Of a DNA stretch of 64,000 nucleotides, positions 18,170-27,901 are shown in pieces (position 1 is the first letter of the stretch; each line of letters opens with the position of its first letter). The stretch is from positions 192,001 through 256,000 of the forward strand of contig OY759746.1 in NCBI GenBank assembly GCA_963662795.1, read 5' to 3'. The DNA comes from Spirochaetia bacterium. GTDB lineage: Bacteria; Spirochaetota; Spirochaetia; CADAEX01. The position numbers and the translations under genes are program-made. The notes under the pieces are model-generated. The model searched no databases. It saw only the letters and a list, made by a program, of their open reading frames with translations, and had not been told where the DNA came from.

Positions 18170-18667
18170 ATGAATAGCAATGTAATTACTGACATGATCC
18201 TGTATTTCAGGGATGACGCGAAAAGGATAAATCATGCGCTTAAAGTGCATGGTTTCGCACAGGCAATATGTGAATCCGAAGATGTTTCAGGTAATGAAAG
18301 GGAAATTGTTGAACTAACCGCCCTTCTGCATGATATCGGGATCAGGGAAGCCGAACGCAAATATAACTCTTCAGCCTGGAATTACCAGGAGACGGAAGGG
18401 CCGCCGGTTGCGAGGGAAATTCTTGAAAAAAACGGGATTACGGATAAAATTACAGAAAGGGTTTGCTTTATCATAGCTCATCATCACAGGTTTGATAAAA
18501 TTGACGGAATTGATTTTCAGATACTTGTTGAAGCGGATCTTCTTGTAAATATTTTTGAGGACGAAAGCGGAAGGGAGCGTGCTGAAAGTGTTAAAAACAG
18601 GGTTTTCAGGACTCCGGCGGGCAGAAAACTGCTTGATTCCATGTACCTCTCTCATAATTCTGCCTGA
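18170..18667 (+). CDS. HD-domain phosphohydrolase
   Basis: INHALKV, ALLHDIG, IAHHH and EAD motifs. Confidence 0.88.
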   Translation: MNSNVITDMILYFRDDAKRINHALKVHGFAQAICESEDVSGNEREIVELTALLHDIGIREAERKYNSSAWNYQETEGPPVAREILEKNGITDKITERVCFIIAHHHRFDKIDGIDFQILVEADLLVNIFEDESGRERAESVKNRVFRTPAGRKLLDSMYLSHNSA

Positions 18668-18752
18668 TCTTCCTTCGGAATCTCCTTTTTCCTGTAAACA
18701 GGCACAATTACATAATACCGCCGCTTTGGATATAAAAAAATCCCTGCATTTT

Positions 18753-18811
18753 TGCAAATGACTTGCATTTTCTCCGATTCAGGCTTATATTTATTTTGCA
18801 AATGATTCGCA
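18753..18811. promoter_or_regulatory. Two putative Zur boxes upstream of znuA
   Basis: TGCAAATGACTTGCA (18753-18767, TGCAA-N5-TTGCA palindrome) and TGCAAATGATTCGCA (18797-18811, abutting the RBS); a Fur-family gene ends the operon. Confidence 0.7.
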
Positions 18812-18821
18812 AGGAGGATTT

Positions 18822-19802
18822 ATGAAAAAATACAAAACAGCCTTTATAATACTGGCCTTACTAACAGCTGATTATGCCGCAGCTTCAGGCGGCGGGGAAA
18901 AGAATCAGCAGGAGGGCTATGAAAAACCGGTCATCGCGGTCAGTATCCTTCCCCAGGCATGGTTTGCCGAAAGGATTGCCGAAGAGAGGGCTTATACTGT
19001 TGTTCTTGTCGGGCCGGGCCAGAACCCCCATTCCTATGAGCCCACTCCCCGGCAGATGACTGATCTTTCCAGGGCAAAAGCATGGATACTCTCAAATACT
19101 GATTTTGAAAGAGCACTCATACCTAAAATCTCATCCCTTTATCCGTCACTCGAAATTGTAGACGGGACTAAAGGGGTTAAATTCAGAAAAATGGAGAATC
19201 ATGCGCATGAAGAGGAGACAGATCATGATTCAGGGGAAGACACGGATATCGGTGAAAAACCTACCCATCAAGAGGAGCCGGATCATGAATCCGGGGATGA
19301 CTTAAATATCGACAGGCACACCTGGCTTGGAAAGGAGCCCGCATTGATAATGGCCCGGCATATCAGGGACACACTTGTAAAACACGATCCTGCCGGTTCT
19401 GAGCTTTATAAGGGAAATTATAAAAAACTTGAAAAAGATATTAATGCGGTTTTCGATTCACTCAAGCCGGTTCTTGCGCCGCTTAAGGGAAAGACTGTTT
19501 TTGTATATCATCCCGCTTTCGGATACTTTCTTGACGACTTCGGGATAATGCAGGAAGCGGTTGAGACAGGGGGGAAAGAGCCGACATCAAAATCACTTTC
19601 AGAACTTGTCAGGAAAATAGATGAAGAGAATGTTTCAGTTTTATTTGTTCAGTCGCAGTTTCCGGTAAACGCGGCAAAAACCATAGCTTCGACTGTGGAG
19701 GCACAGGTAGTGTCTCTTGACCCGCTCGCGTATGACTGGCTTTCAAATATCACCCTGATGGGCAATGCTCTCGCAAAATCATCTGCAAAATTGCAGAAAT
19801 AA
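18822..19802 (+). CDS. znuA: Zinc ABC transporter substrate-binding protein
   Basis: GQNPHSYEP, His/acid-rich loop, DRHTWL, YHPAFGYF. Confidence 0.9.
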   Translation: MKKYKTAFIILALLTADYAAASGGGEKNQQEGYEKPVIAVSILPQAWFAERIAEERAYTVVLVGPGQNPHSYEPTPRQMTDLSRAKAWILSNTDFERALIPKISSLYPSLEIVDGTKGVKFRKMENHAHEEETDHDSGEDTDIGEKPTHQEEPDHESGDDLNIDRHTWLGKEPALIMARHIRDTLVKHDPAGSELYKGNYKKLEKDINAVFDSLKPVLAPLKGKTVFVYHPAFGYFLDDFGIMQEAVETGGKEPTSKSLSELVRKIDEENVSVLFVQSQFPVNAAKTIASTVEAQVVSLDPLAYDWLSNITLMGNALAKSSAKLQK

Positions 19803-19815
19803 AAAGGGAATATTT

Positions 19816-20667
19816 ATGACCGGAACAGAAAAAAAAGCAGAAACTAAACAAAAAGCCACGGCAGAAATCTCAGCCGTCTCTCCTGTTGTGCTTCGCTTTA
19901 ATAATGTGGCTTTCTCATACAGGACGGGGCCGGTGCTTGAAAACGCCAGTTTTCATATACACAGGGGTGAATTTATAGCCCTGGTCGGACAGAACGGTGC
20001 AGGCAAAACAACTGTTTTAAAGCTTATACTGGGACTTGAAACACCGTCCGGCGGCAGCATTGAAATTTTCGGTAAAAACCCGTCAGCAGCAAGACAGAAA
20101 ATAGGTTATGTGCCGCAGCATGCCGATTATGACCAGACATTCCCCATATCAGTTATGGAAGTTGTAAGAATGGGACGCCTTCAGGTTTCATCACGGCGCT
20201 ATAATCAGGAGGACATCAATGCAGTACAGAAAGCGATGGAACAGACAGAAATAGCAGACCTCGCGCAAAGGCCTTACTCCGCACTGTCGGGCGGACAGCG
20301 GCGCCGGGTGCTTGTTGCCAGGGCGCTGGCGGGGAATCCTGAGCTGCTCATCCTTGATGAACCTTCGGCCAATATGGATATTGAAAGCGAGGGGCGCCTC
20401 TTTAATACGCTTGGGGAGCTTAAAGGGAAGACAACAATCCTTGTCGTGACCCATGATTCCGTGTTTGTTTCCGCCCTTACAGACAGGGTTTTATGCGTAG
20501 GAGGAAGAAGCAGGCTTAACGGAAAAGGACATTCCATTGCCCAGCACAGGGCCGCCCCGGCTGAAAACGCACCGCCGGACCTGTACGGAGGTGAAGTTTA
20601 CAAGGTTCTGCATGATGAAAACCTCCCCGGGGACAGTTGCTGTATTGAAAGCAGGGAGGCAAAATGA
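19816..20667 (+). CDS. znuC: Zinc ABC transporter ATPase
   Basis: GQNGAGKT, GYVPQ, LSGGQ, LILDEP; likely ATG 19816. Confidence 0.9.
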   Translation: MTGTEKKAETKQKATAEISAVSPVVLRFNNVAFSYRTGPVLENASFHIHRGEFIALVGQNGAGKTTVLKLILGLETPSGGSIEIFGKNPSAARQKIGYVPQHADYDQTFPISVMEVVRMGRLQVSSRRYNQEDINAVQKAMEQTEIADLAQRPYSALSGGQRRRVLVARALAGNPELLILDEPSANMDIESEGRLFNTLGELKGKTTILVVTHDSVFVSALTDRVLCVGGRSRLNGKGHSIAQHRAAPAENAPPDLYGGEVYKVLHDENLPGDSCCIESREAK

Positions 20668-21560
20668 TCAGTTTTTTTACCGCATTATTCGACCCTTCAC
20701 TCTCATTCTTAAGAAACGCACTTGCGGCAGCTCTTCTTTCGTCTGTACTTTTCGGCGTCCTTGGCGCGGTTATTACAGTTAAACGGATCGCGGGACTCGC
20801 AGGGGCCATTTCCCATGCTGTTCTCGGCGGAATAGGCATGGCGCTCTATCTTTCCGCAAAGGGGATACTTCCGGGCCTTCCGCCGATTGCCGGAGCTGTT
20901 GTATTCGCGCTCCTTGCTGCAGTTATTATCGGGTTTGTATCTCTTAAGGCAAAACAGCGTGAGGATACGGTGATAAATGCCATATGGGCCATAGGCATGA
21001 GCATAGGTATCCTTTTCATGGCAAAAACCCCGGGGTATACAGATCCTTCGAGCTACCTGTTCGGTAATATACTGCTGATATCAGAATTCGATCTTATTTT
21101 ACTCGCAGTTCTGGATGTAACAGTTGTTGCCCTGGCCTGGAGGTTTTATCCCCAGATTGAAGCTATTTCCTTCGATAATGAATATGCCAAGGTAAGGGGT
21201 ATCCCGGTTGATACTGTTTTTCTCATATTACTCTGCATTACAGCTGTGGCCATAGTGCTGCTTCAAACCTTTGTCGGCATAGTCATGGTTATTGCTATGC
21301 TCACCCTGCCGGCCGGAACAGCTGGATATTTCGCCAGGAACCTTGCCGGAATGATGATCTTCGGGTGGCTTTTTTCAACAGTATTTGCCATCAGCGGCCT
21401 CGCGATGGGCTGGATATTCGATGTTCCGTCCGGAGCCCTTGTTGTGGTTACAGCCGGGGGAGTATTTCTCGGATTCGCAGCGGTTAGAGTGACAGCTGCA
21501 AGGCATAGAAGACAAAACGGGAAAATCCCTGAATATGCCGGGAGGCAGAATCATGACTAA
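20664..21560 (+). CDS. znuB: Zinc ABC transporter permease
   Basis: AISHAVLGG, YLFGNIL, multiple TM segments; overlaps both neighbours. Confidence 0.9.
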   Translation: MISFFTALFDPSLSFLRNALAAALLSSVLFGVLGAVITVKRIAGLAGAISHAVLGGIGMALYLSAKGILPGLPPIAGAVVFALLAAVIIGFVSLKAKQREDTVINAIWAIGMSIGILFMAKTPGYTDPSSYLFGNILLISEFDLILLAVLDVTVVALAWRFYPQIEAISFDNEYAKVRGIPVDTVFLILLCITAVAIVLLQTFVGIVMVIAMLTLPAGTAGYFARNLAGMMIFGWLFSTVFAISGLAMGWIFDVPSGALVVVTAGGVFLGFAAVRVTAARHRRQNGKIPEYAGRQNHD

Positions 21561-21945
21561 AGCACGTGAAGCTGCCCTTGAGATTCTGAGAAACTCTGAT
21601 GAACCGCAGACAGCCGCGGCAGTATTTCAGCAGTCAGGAAACACCTGTGATCTCGCAACTGTCTACAGGACACTGCATTATCTGGAAAAACACGGCTATG
21701 CAGAATCCTTTGTCCTTTACTGCAATGAGCACGGCACAGAAAGGTATTATACCGCGCTTTCTGCCGGGGACTCAGGAGATAGAGCTCACAGACACTGGTT
21801 TCACTGCGAGGGGTGTCACAGGTTTATTGAAATAGGAAACTGCACAGTCAATTCCCTTGCAAGAGAGTTTGAAATTGAGCACAACCTGTCAGTCAGCCGT
21901 CATATCCTTTATTTTATCGGACGCTGCAGCAACTGCAGGCAATAA
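21553..21945 (+). CDS. zur: Fur-family regulator, probably Zur
   Basis: LATVYRTL, HRHWFHCEGC and C-terminal CSNC; last gene of the znu operon. Confidence 0.85.
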   Translation: MTKAREAALEILRNSDEPQTAAAVFQQSGNTCDLATVYRTLHYLEKHGYAESFVLYCNEHGTERYYTALSAGDSGDRAHRHWFHCEGCHRFIEIGNCTVNSLAREFEIEHNLSVSRHILYFIGRCSNCRQ

Positions 21946-21959
21946 TCCATGACATTTAT

Positions 21960-22604
21960 TTACAGATTAAGGGTCATTCGGATAAAATCCGCCATATAAT
22001 GGCCGAATTTTATTTGTTCTTTATCGGAGAGATGAACACCGTCAAGTGGACTGCTTGAGACTACCTTGCCGGCATCAGCGAACTGGCAGCCGTTAAGTGC
22101 GGCCATATGCTTGTATTCATGATAAATCTGTTTTGATTTCAATATCTCGATCTGATACAGATATGCTTCCTCAAATTCCTCATGGATCTGGGGAGGCGCT
22201 GTTATGATTATTTCCTTCCCGGGGCATTTGAATTTTATGCGGTGGATCATCTTTTCCATTCCGCCGGCTATCTTTTTTACAGTTATTTCCCTGTCGGCAA
22301 AGAGATCGTTTATTCCCAGAAAAATAATGATTATATCAAAAAAAACCCGGTCAAGAAGACCTTCAAGATACTGAAGCCCGTTTGCAGGATTTTCACCCGG
22401 TATATGGTCTATCACAGTCCTGCCGTTAAAACCCTCTTCAATTACTTCAAACAGCGCGCCAAGGTCAGAGAGCATTACACACGGCCATCTTGTATTTTCA
22501 TCAAAACGGGAGCCTGACTGGGGGGAATATCCCCATGTGGTGGAAGAGCCGTAGCAGAGAATTATTTTTTTGGTGTTTCCGTCATCCGACATAGAAACAT
22601 TCAC
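21960..22604 (-). CDS. SGNH/GDSL-family hydrolase
   Basis: LCYGSSTTWG (block I), EEGFNGRT, LGINDL, DGVH. Confidence 0.88.
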   Translation of the reverse strand: MNVSMSDDGNTKKIILCYGSSTTWGYSPQSGSRFDENTRWPCVMLSDLGALFEVIEEGFNGRTVIDHIPGENPANGLQYLEGLLDRVFFDIIIIFLGINDLFADREITVKKIAGGMEKMIHRIKFKCPGKEIIITAPPQIHEEFEEAYLYQIEILKSKQIYHEYKHMAALNGCQFADAGKVVSSSPLDGVHLSDKEQIKFGHYMADFIRMTLNL

Positions 22605-22806
22605 CTCTTCTCTCCGTACTTAGTTTATTACAGCTATATTATAGTATCGGAACATGCAATAAGAAAAGAAATGTTTATATATTCAGGATTATGGCTTTCC
22701 CCCGTGATAAAAAAGAATTAAATGATTTAAAGTTTTAAAAATTACTATTTCTTTATTTCCCCCCGTTCCCATGGAACAATTGCCAGGTAATAAAAAGGGG
22801 GTTTCG

Positions 22807-23826
22807 ATGAAGAACATTTTAAAATCAATTTTTTCAGTATTATTCATGGCAGCAATTCTGTTTTCTGCAGTTGCAGGAGGACAGAAGGATACAGGCGCTG
22901 CAGCCGGTGACACGGAAGTTAAGGCAACAGTCATAAAACTTGGGCACATTGCAGAGCCTTCACACCCATACGCACAGGGTGCGGAATATTTCGCCAAAAT
23001 GGTTAAGGAAAAGTCAGGCGGACTTATAGAAGTAAAGGTTTTCCCGTCTTCCCAGCTTGGCGGGCAGAAAGAACTTATTGAAGGTCTTACATACGGAACA
23101 GTAGATATGGCGCTTGTCGGCACTGCAGTGCTCGGTCAATTCCAGCCTCAGATATCAATTTTCGACCTTCCTTTTCTTTTCAGGGATCTGGACCATGCCT
23201 ATAAATCACTTGATACAGTTGGAATGGATATAGGAAAAGGTCTTGAATCACACGGTATAAAACTTCTAGGTTTCATGGAAAACGGAGTCAGGCATCTTAC
23301 AAACAGCACCAGAGAGGTTATAACACCTGGCGATATGAAAGGCCTTAAGATCAGGGTAATGACCAATCAGGTTTATATCAGCATGATGAAATCACTTGGT
23401 GCATCACCTACTCCAATGGCTTTCAGTGAACTTTATTCTGCATTACAGCAGGGAACTGTTGATGGACAGGAAAATCCGAGCGCTCACATTTATACACAAA
23501 GATTTTTCGAAGTCCAGAAATACGCCTCTAAAACAGCCCATGCATATGCTCCCGAACCTGTTCTTATCTCAATGAAAAAATGGAATGAAATGCCTGCAAA
23601 AAATCAGCAGATTATCCTTGATGCAGCAAAAGAAGCTGTCGCATGGCAGAGAAAGCTCTCTGCAGACGAGGATTCAGGATACTGGGACAAGATTATTGCA
23701 ACCGGCAAGATGAAAGTTACAGAAGTTGACAGAAAACCATTTATGGAAGCAACTCTTCCTGTATACAAGGAATTTGCAAACGTCGTAGGTCAGGCTAATA
23801 TTGACAGGATTCTGGCAATAAAATAA
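22807..23826 (+). CDS. dctP: TRAP transporter substrate-binding protein
   Basis: FPSSQLG, DLPFLF, NGVRH, GLKIRV, ALQQGTVDGQENP; likely ATG 22807. Confidence 0.92.
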   Translation: MKNILKSIFSVLFMAAILFSAVAGGQKDTGAAAGDTEVKATVIKLGHIAEPSHPYAQGAEYFAKMVKEKSGGLIEVKVFPSSQLGGQKELIEGLTYGTVDMALVGTAVLGQFQPQISIFDLPFLFRDLDHAYKSLDTVGMDIGKGLESHGIKLLGFMENGVRHLTNSTREVITPGDMKGLKIRVMTNQVYISMMKSLGASPTPMAFSELYSALQQGTVDGQENPSAHIYTQRFFEVQKYASKTAHAYAPEPVLISMKKWNEMPAKNQQIILDAAKEAVAWQRKLSADEDSGYWDKIIATGKMKVTEVDRKPFMEATLPVYKEFANVVGQANIDRILAIK

Positions 23827-23889
23827 ATACTTTCTCACTCTCCTGATTCTGATTTTACAGTGTCAGGAGAATATTAAGGCGGATTTTTA

Positions 23890-24393
23890 ATGGATAAATT
23901 ATTAAATATCATTTTCAACAGACTGCGCGGGATTTTATATTTTATATGTGTTACTTCACTTTCACTGATGCTGATAATAATTTTTACTCAGGTTGTGACA
24001 CGGTATATATTCAATTACACCTTTGACTGGTCTGAAGAATCAGCAAGATTTCTTTTTGTATGGACAGTATTTCTCGGTTCAGCGCTTATTATCGGAGAAA
24101 AAGGACATATGGCAGTTAAACTTTTATCCGATAAACTTAAAAATACATTGGCAGGTGCTGTTCTGAATATATTTATTCAATTATGCAGTCTTGTATTTAT
24201 ATCTATTCTGATTGTTCAGGGATCTAAAATGTCCAGGGTCATGATGTTTCAGACTTCACCCGCGTTAGGCATACCGATGGGATATGTTTATTCAATAATT
24301 CCTGTAACAGGTATACTTATGCTTCTCTATTTCATAAAAGATATAATCAATATTATCAGCAGAGCCAAAGCATTATCACGGGGAAAGGAGTAA
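23890..24393 (+). CDS. dctQ: TRAP transporter small permease
   Basis: QVVTRY, WSEESARFLFVW, GHM; four TM segments. Confidence 0.92.
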   Translation: MDKLLNIIFNRLRGILYFICVTSLSLMLIIIFTQVVTRYIFNYTFDWSEESARFLFVWTVFLGSALIIGEKGHMAVKLLSDKLKNTLAGAVLNIFIQLCSLVFISILIVQGSKMSRVMMFQTSPALGIPMGYVYSIIPVTGILMLLYFIKDIINIISRAKALSRGKE

Positions 24394-24398
24394 TCAGG

Positions 24399-25673
24399 AT
24401 GGAATTTGTTTTATTGGGTAGTTTTCTTTTTCTGACATTAATAGGAGTTCCGGTAGCTTACTCCCTGTGCCTTTCAGTATCGATTATTCTGTTCAGCTAT
24501 CTCCAGATGCCTCAGGTTCTGATTACACAGATAATGTATTCAGGAATAGATTCTTTTTCATTTATGGCAGTTCCATTCTTTATGCTTGCAGGAGCATTTA
24601 TGACTGCAGGGGGAGTAACAAAAAGGCTTGTTAATTTTGCATCATCCATTGTCGGTTCCCTTACCGGAGGACTTGCACAGGTTGTTGCAGTCTCAGGCAT
24701 GTTTTTTGCAGCTATTTCAGGTTCATCTGCTGCTACAACCGCCGCAATCGGCTCAACCATGATTAATGAAATGGAAAAAAAAGGTTATGACAGGGATTTC
24801 GCAACCGGAGTAGTTGCTGCAGGAGGTACAGTAGGGATAGTAATACCTCCGTCAATTACTCTTGTTGTTTACGGTGTTATCGCAGGAGTATCCATAGGCG
24901 AACTGTTTATCGGAGGATTCGCACCCGGCATAATCATGGGTATTTCCATGTGTATAGTCAGTTTTCTGATTTCACGAAAGAAAGGATGGAAGGGCGTAGG
25001 AACATTTTCAGTAAAAAAAATGATAATATCATTTAAAGATTCTTTTTTTGCGCTGATAACTCCTGTGATAATTATCGGCGGTATTTACGGCGGGATATTT
25101 ACACCAACAGAAGCCGCTGCAGTTGCAGCAGTTTACGGTATCTTTGTCGGATTATTTATTTACAGGGAACTTAAAATAAAGGATTTTCCCAAAATAATAT
25201 TTCAGGCAGTTACAGGAACAACTCTTATAATGTTTATAGTCGGGGCTTCGAATGTATTTGGATGGATGCTGACAAATCTTGAAATACCGCACAGACTTGG
25301 ATTATATATAATATCAGTTACAAGTTCACCGGTAGTTTTTTTAATGATTATGAATGTCCTTCTGCTGATCATCGGAACACTTGTAAACGCATCAGCCGCT
25401 GTTGTAATATTAACACCGATTTTCCTTCCTGTGGCATTACAGCTGGGAATAGATCCGTTATTTTTTGGTGTTCTCATGGTTGTCAATCTTGCAATAGGCT
25501 GTATTACACCGCCTGTCGGTCTTGATCTTTTTGTGGCAAGCGCTATAGCAGAAGTCCCGCTTGAAAGAGTGATTAAAGCGTCATTGCCTTTTCTGGCAGT
25601 ACTATTGCTTGATTTATTGATACTAACCTTTTTTCCATCTATTATCACATTTCTTCCTGATATGATAAGATGA
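24399..25673 (+). CDS. dctM: TRAP transporter large permease
   Basis: AVPFFMLAG, ISGSSAA, IPPSI, FTPTEAA, ITPPVG. Confidence 0.93.
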   Translation: MEFVLLGSFLFLTLIGVPVAYSLCLSVSIILFSYLQMPQVLITQIMYSGIDSFSFMAVPFFMLAGAFMTAGGVTKRLVNFASSIVGSLTGGLAQVVAVSGMFFAAISGSSAATTAAIGSTMINEMEKKGYDRDFATGVVAAGGTVGIVIPPSITLVVYGVIAGVSIGELFIGGFAPGIIMGISMCIVSFLISRKKGWKGVGTFSVKKMIISFKDSFFALITPVIIIGGIYGGIFTPTEAAAVAAVYGIFVGLFIYRELKIKDFPKIIFQAVTGTTLIMFIVGASNVFGWMLTNLEIPHRLGLYIISVTSSPVVFLMIMNVLLLIIGTLVNASAAVVILTPIFLPVALQLGIDPLFFGVLMVVNLAIGCITPPVGLDLFVASAIAEVPLERVIKASLPFLAVLLLDLLILTFFPSIITFLPDMIR

Positions 25674-25709
25674 TGATAATTTTTCCGGAATTTTTAGGAG
25701 AATGTAATA

Positions 25710-27173
25710 ATGAGTAAAAAAATTAATCTTAACCTGGATAATCTGAGCGAACTTTTTACAGCGCATTACGACGGAGATCAGGCTAAAACAGCTGCAGCTA
25801 AAACTGTTTTTTTAAAACAGCTTTCGTTCAAGGCGCATAAGTATTACGGAGGGAAAATGCAAACCCTTCCGAAGGCCGGTGTTTTCGGCTTCAACTGGTT
25901 CAACGTCTGGTATACTCCCGGTGTTTCGGCTATTTCAACAGCAATACGGGATGATAATTTAATGTCTTATGATTTATCAAACCGCGCGAACCATGTTGCC
26001 GTAGTCAGCGATTCAACACGAGTGCTGGGAGACGGGGACTGTACTCCACCGGGCGGGCTTGGGGTAATGGAAGGTAAATCCTTTTTGATGAAATACCTCG
26101 GCGGCATTGATGCAACTGCAATCTGTATGGACAGCAGAAATAAAAAAGGGGAGCATGACCCTGATAAAATTATTGATTTTGTCAAAATGCTGCAGCCTTC
26201 ATTCGGAGCAATCAATCTTGAGGACATATCTCAGCCCAACTGTTACAAAGTACTCGACACCCTGAGGGAGGAATGCGATATACCGGTTTGGCACGATGAC
26301 GCACAGGGGACTGCATCAGTAACCCTTGCAGGGCTAATCAATGCCCTTAAAATTGCAGATAAAGAATTAAATGCAGTAAAGATTGTAATGCTCGGAGCGG
26401 GAGCGGCCAATGCAACAATTGCCAGAATAATAATTGAGGCAGGCGGCGATCCTGAGAAGATGGTAATTTTTGACACAAAAGGATCTCTCAATAAAAAAAG
26501 GGACGACATAAAATTCGACAGGAGATTCTACAGAAAATGGGAGTTATGCCTGTCTACAGACCAGGGTGATTATTCCGGCATTGAAGAAGCGGTCAAAGGC
26601 GCTGATGTGCTTATTGCGCTTTCCAAACCAGGACCAGACACAGTGAAACCGGAATGGATAGCGTCAATGGCTCAAAAGGCTATTGTCTTTGCCTGCGCAA
26701 ATCCTGTACCTGAAATTTATCCCTATGCCGCAAAAAAAGCCGGAGCATATATTGTTGCTACAGGACGGGGAGATTTTCCCAACCAGGTAAACAACTCCGT
26801 AGGATTTCCCGGCATCCTGAAAGGCGCGCTTCTTGTAAGAGCAAGAAAAATATCCGACGGCATGGCAATTGCCGCGGCAAGAGCTCTTGCCGGATTTGCG
26901 GAAAAGCGGGGAATAAACCCCGACAATATTATCGCAACAATGGAAGAACCAGGCGTATTTCCCTATGAAGCCGCCGAGGTTGCAATGCAGGCTGTAAAGG
27001 AAGGACTTTCGCGGATAGACATGACGCATGATGAGGTTTACAGGCAGGCAGAAGAAGATATAAAGTATTCCAGAAACATAACAGATATGATGTTAACGAA
27101 TAATTATATTAAAAGCCCTCCACAGGAGATGCTTCAGGAAATATATAACTGGACAATAAGCCGGATTAACTGA
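25710..27173 (+). CDS. NAD(P)-dependent malic enzyme
   Basis: YTPGV, GVMEGK, INLEDI, HDDAQGT, GAGAA, ANPVPEI, ATGRGDFPNQVNN. Confidence 0.93.
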   Translation: MSKKINLNLDNLSELFTAHYDGDQAKTAAAKTVFLKQLSFKAHKYYGGKMQTLPKAGVFGFNWFNVWYTPGVSAISTAIRDDNLMSYDLSNRANHVAVVSDSTRVLGDGDCTPPGGLGVMEGKSFLMKYLGGIDATAICMDSRNKKGEHDPDKIIDFVKMLQPSFGAINLEDISQPNCYKVLDTLREECDIPVWHDDAQGTASVTLAGLINALKIADKELNAVKIVMLGAGAANATIARIIIEAGGDPEKMVIFDTKGSLNKKRDDIKFDRRFYRKWELCLSTDQGDYSGIEEAVKGADVLIALSKPGPDTVKPEWIASMAQKAIVFACANPVPEIYPYAAKKAGAYIVATGRGDFPNQVNNSVGFPGILKGALLVRARKISDGMAIAAARALAGFAEKRGINPDNIIATMEEPGVFPYEAAEVAMQAVKEGLSRIDMTHDEVYRQAEEDIKYSRNITDMMLTNNYIKSPPQEMLQEIYNWTISRIN

Positions 27174-27209
27174 TAAGCTGCGGCGTCCCTGACTATAATG
27201 AAAAAAGCT

Positions 27210-27890
27210 CTAAAGCTTTTTTGTGTAAATGATTACGGGACGTCCTGCTTTTTTATGCTCATACGTTTTTTTTAATAAACCTGATTCACTCATATATTCA
27301 AGATACCGCCTTACTGTAATTTTCGACAGATTCATTTTCTGGATCACCTCTTCTATAGTAAAAGATGTAAAGCACGATGAAACAGCTTCCTCAACCTTTT
27401 CAAGAGTAAACATCGTAATGCCCTTTGGCGTCTTTGCGGCCCCTGACGCTGCAGAGTTATGCGATATTATTCTATTTATCTTATCCTGATCATATTCGCC
27501 TGAATTGGAAATAGTTAACCGGTATTTTTTGTAATTCTCAAGAGCGTCCTTGAAACGGCTGAAGGCAAAAGGTTTAATAATATAATCGAACACTCCATAT
27601 CTCATTGAATTTTCAATAGTAGATGCATCATGAGCAGCTGTGATAAGTATGAAATCAACAGGATATTCATAGTTTCTGATTTTTTTAATAAGTTCCATTC
27701 CATTAAGATCAGGAAGATAAATATCAACAATTATCAGATCCGGCAGTTCATTTTCTAAAAAGGATAAAGCTTCAGAGGCAGTTTTGGCAATTTTAACAAC
27801 TTTATACCCATCGACATCTTCTGTCACGCTTTTATTGATGTCTGCAACCCTGAAATCATCCTCGACTATCATGACTTTAAAACTTTCCAT
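27210..27890 (-). CDS. CitB/DcuR/MalR-family response regulator
   Basis: IVEDD, DIYLPD, ITAA, DYIIKPF, TVRRYLEY and GRP motifs. Confidence 0.92.
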   Translation of the reverse strand: MESFKVMIVEDDFRVADINKSVTEDVDGYKVVKIAKTASEALSFLENELPDLIIVDIYLPDLNGMELIKKIRNYEYPVDFILITAAHDASTIENSMRYGVFDYIIKPFAFSRFKDALENYKKYRLTISNSGEYDQDKINRIISHNSAASGAAKTPKGITMFTLEKVEEAVSSCFTSFTIEEVIQKMNLSKITVRRYLEYMSESGLLKKTYEHKKAGRPVIIYTKKL

Positions 27891-27901
27891 AAGCTATGGC
27901 C

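Noticed and set aside
22540-22560. GSS instead of GDS in block I of the SGNH hydrolase
   Set aside because: The nucleophilic Ser and the G, N and DxxH blocks are retained; a minor variant.
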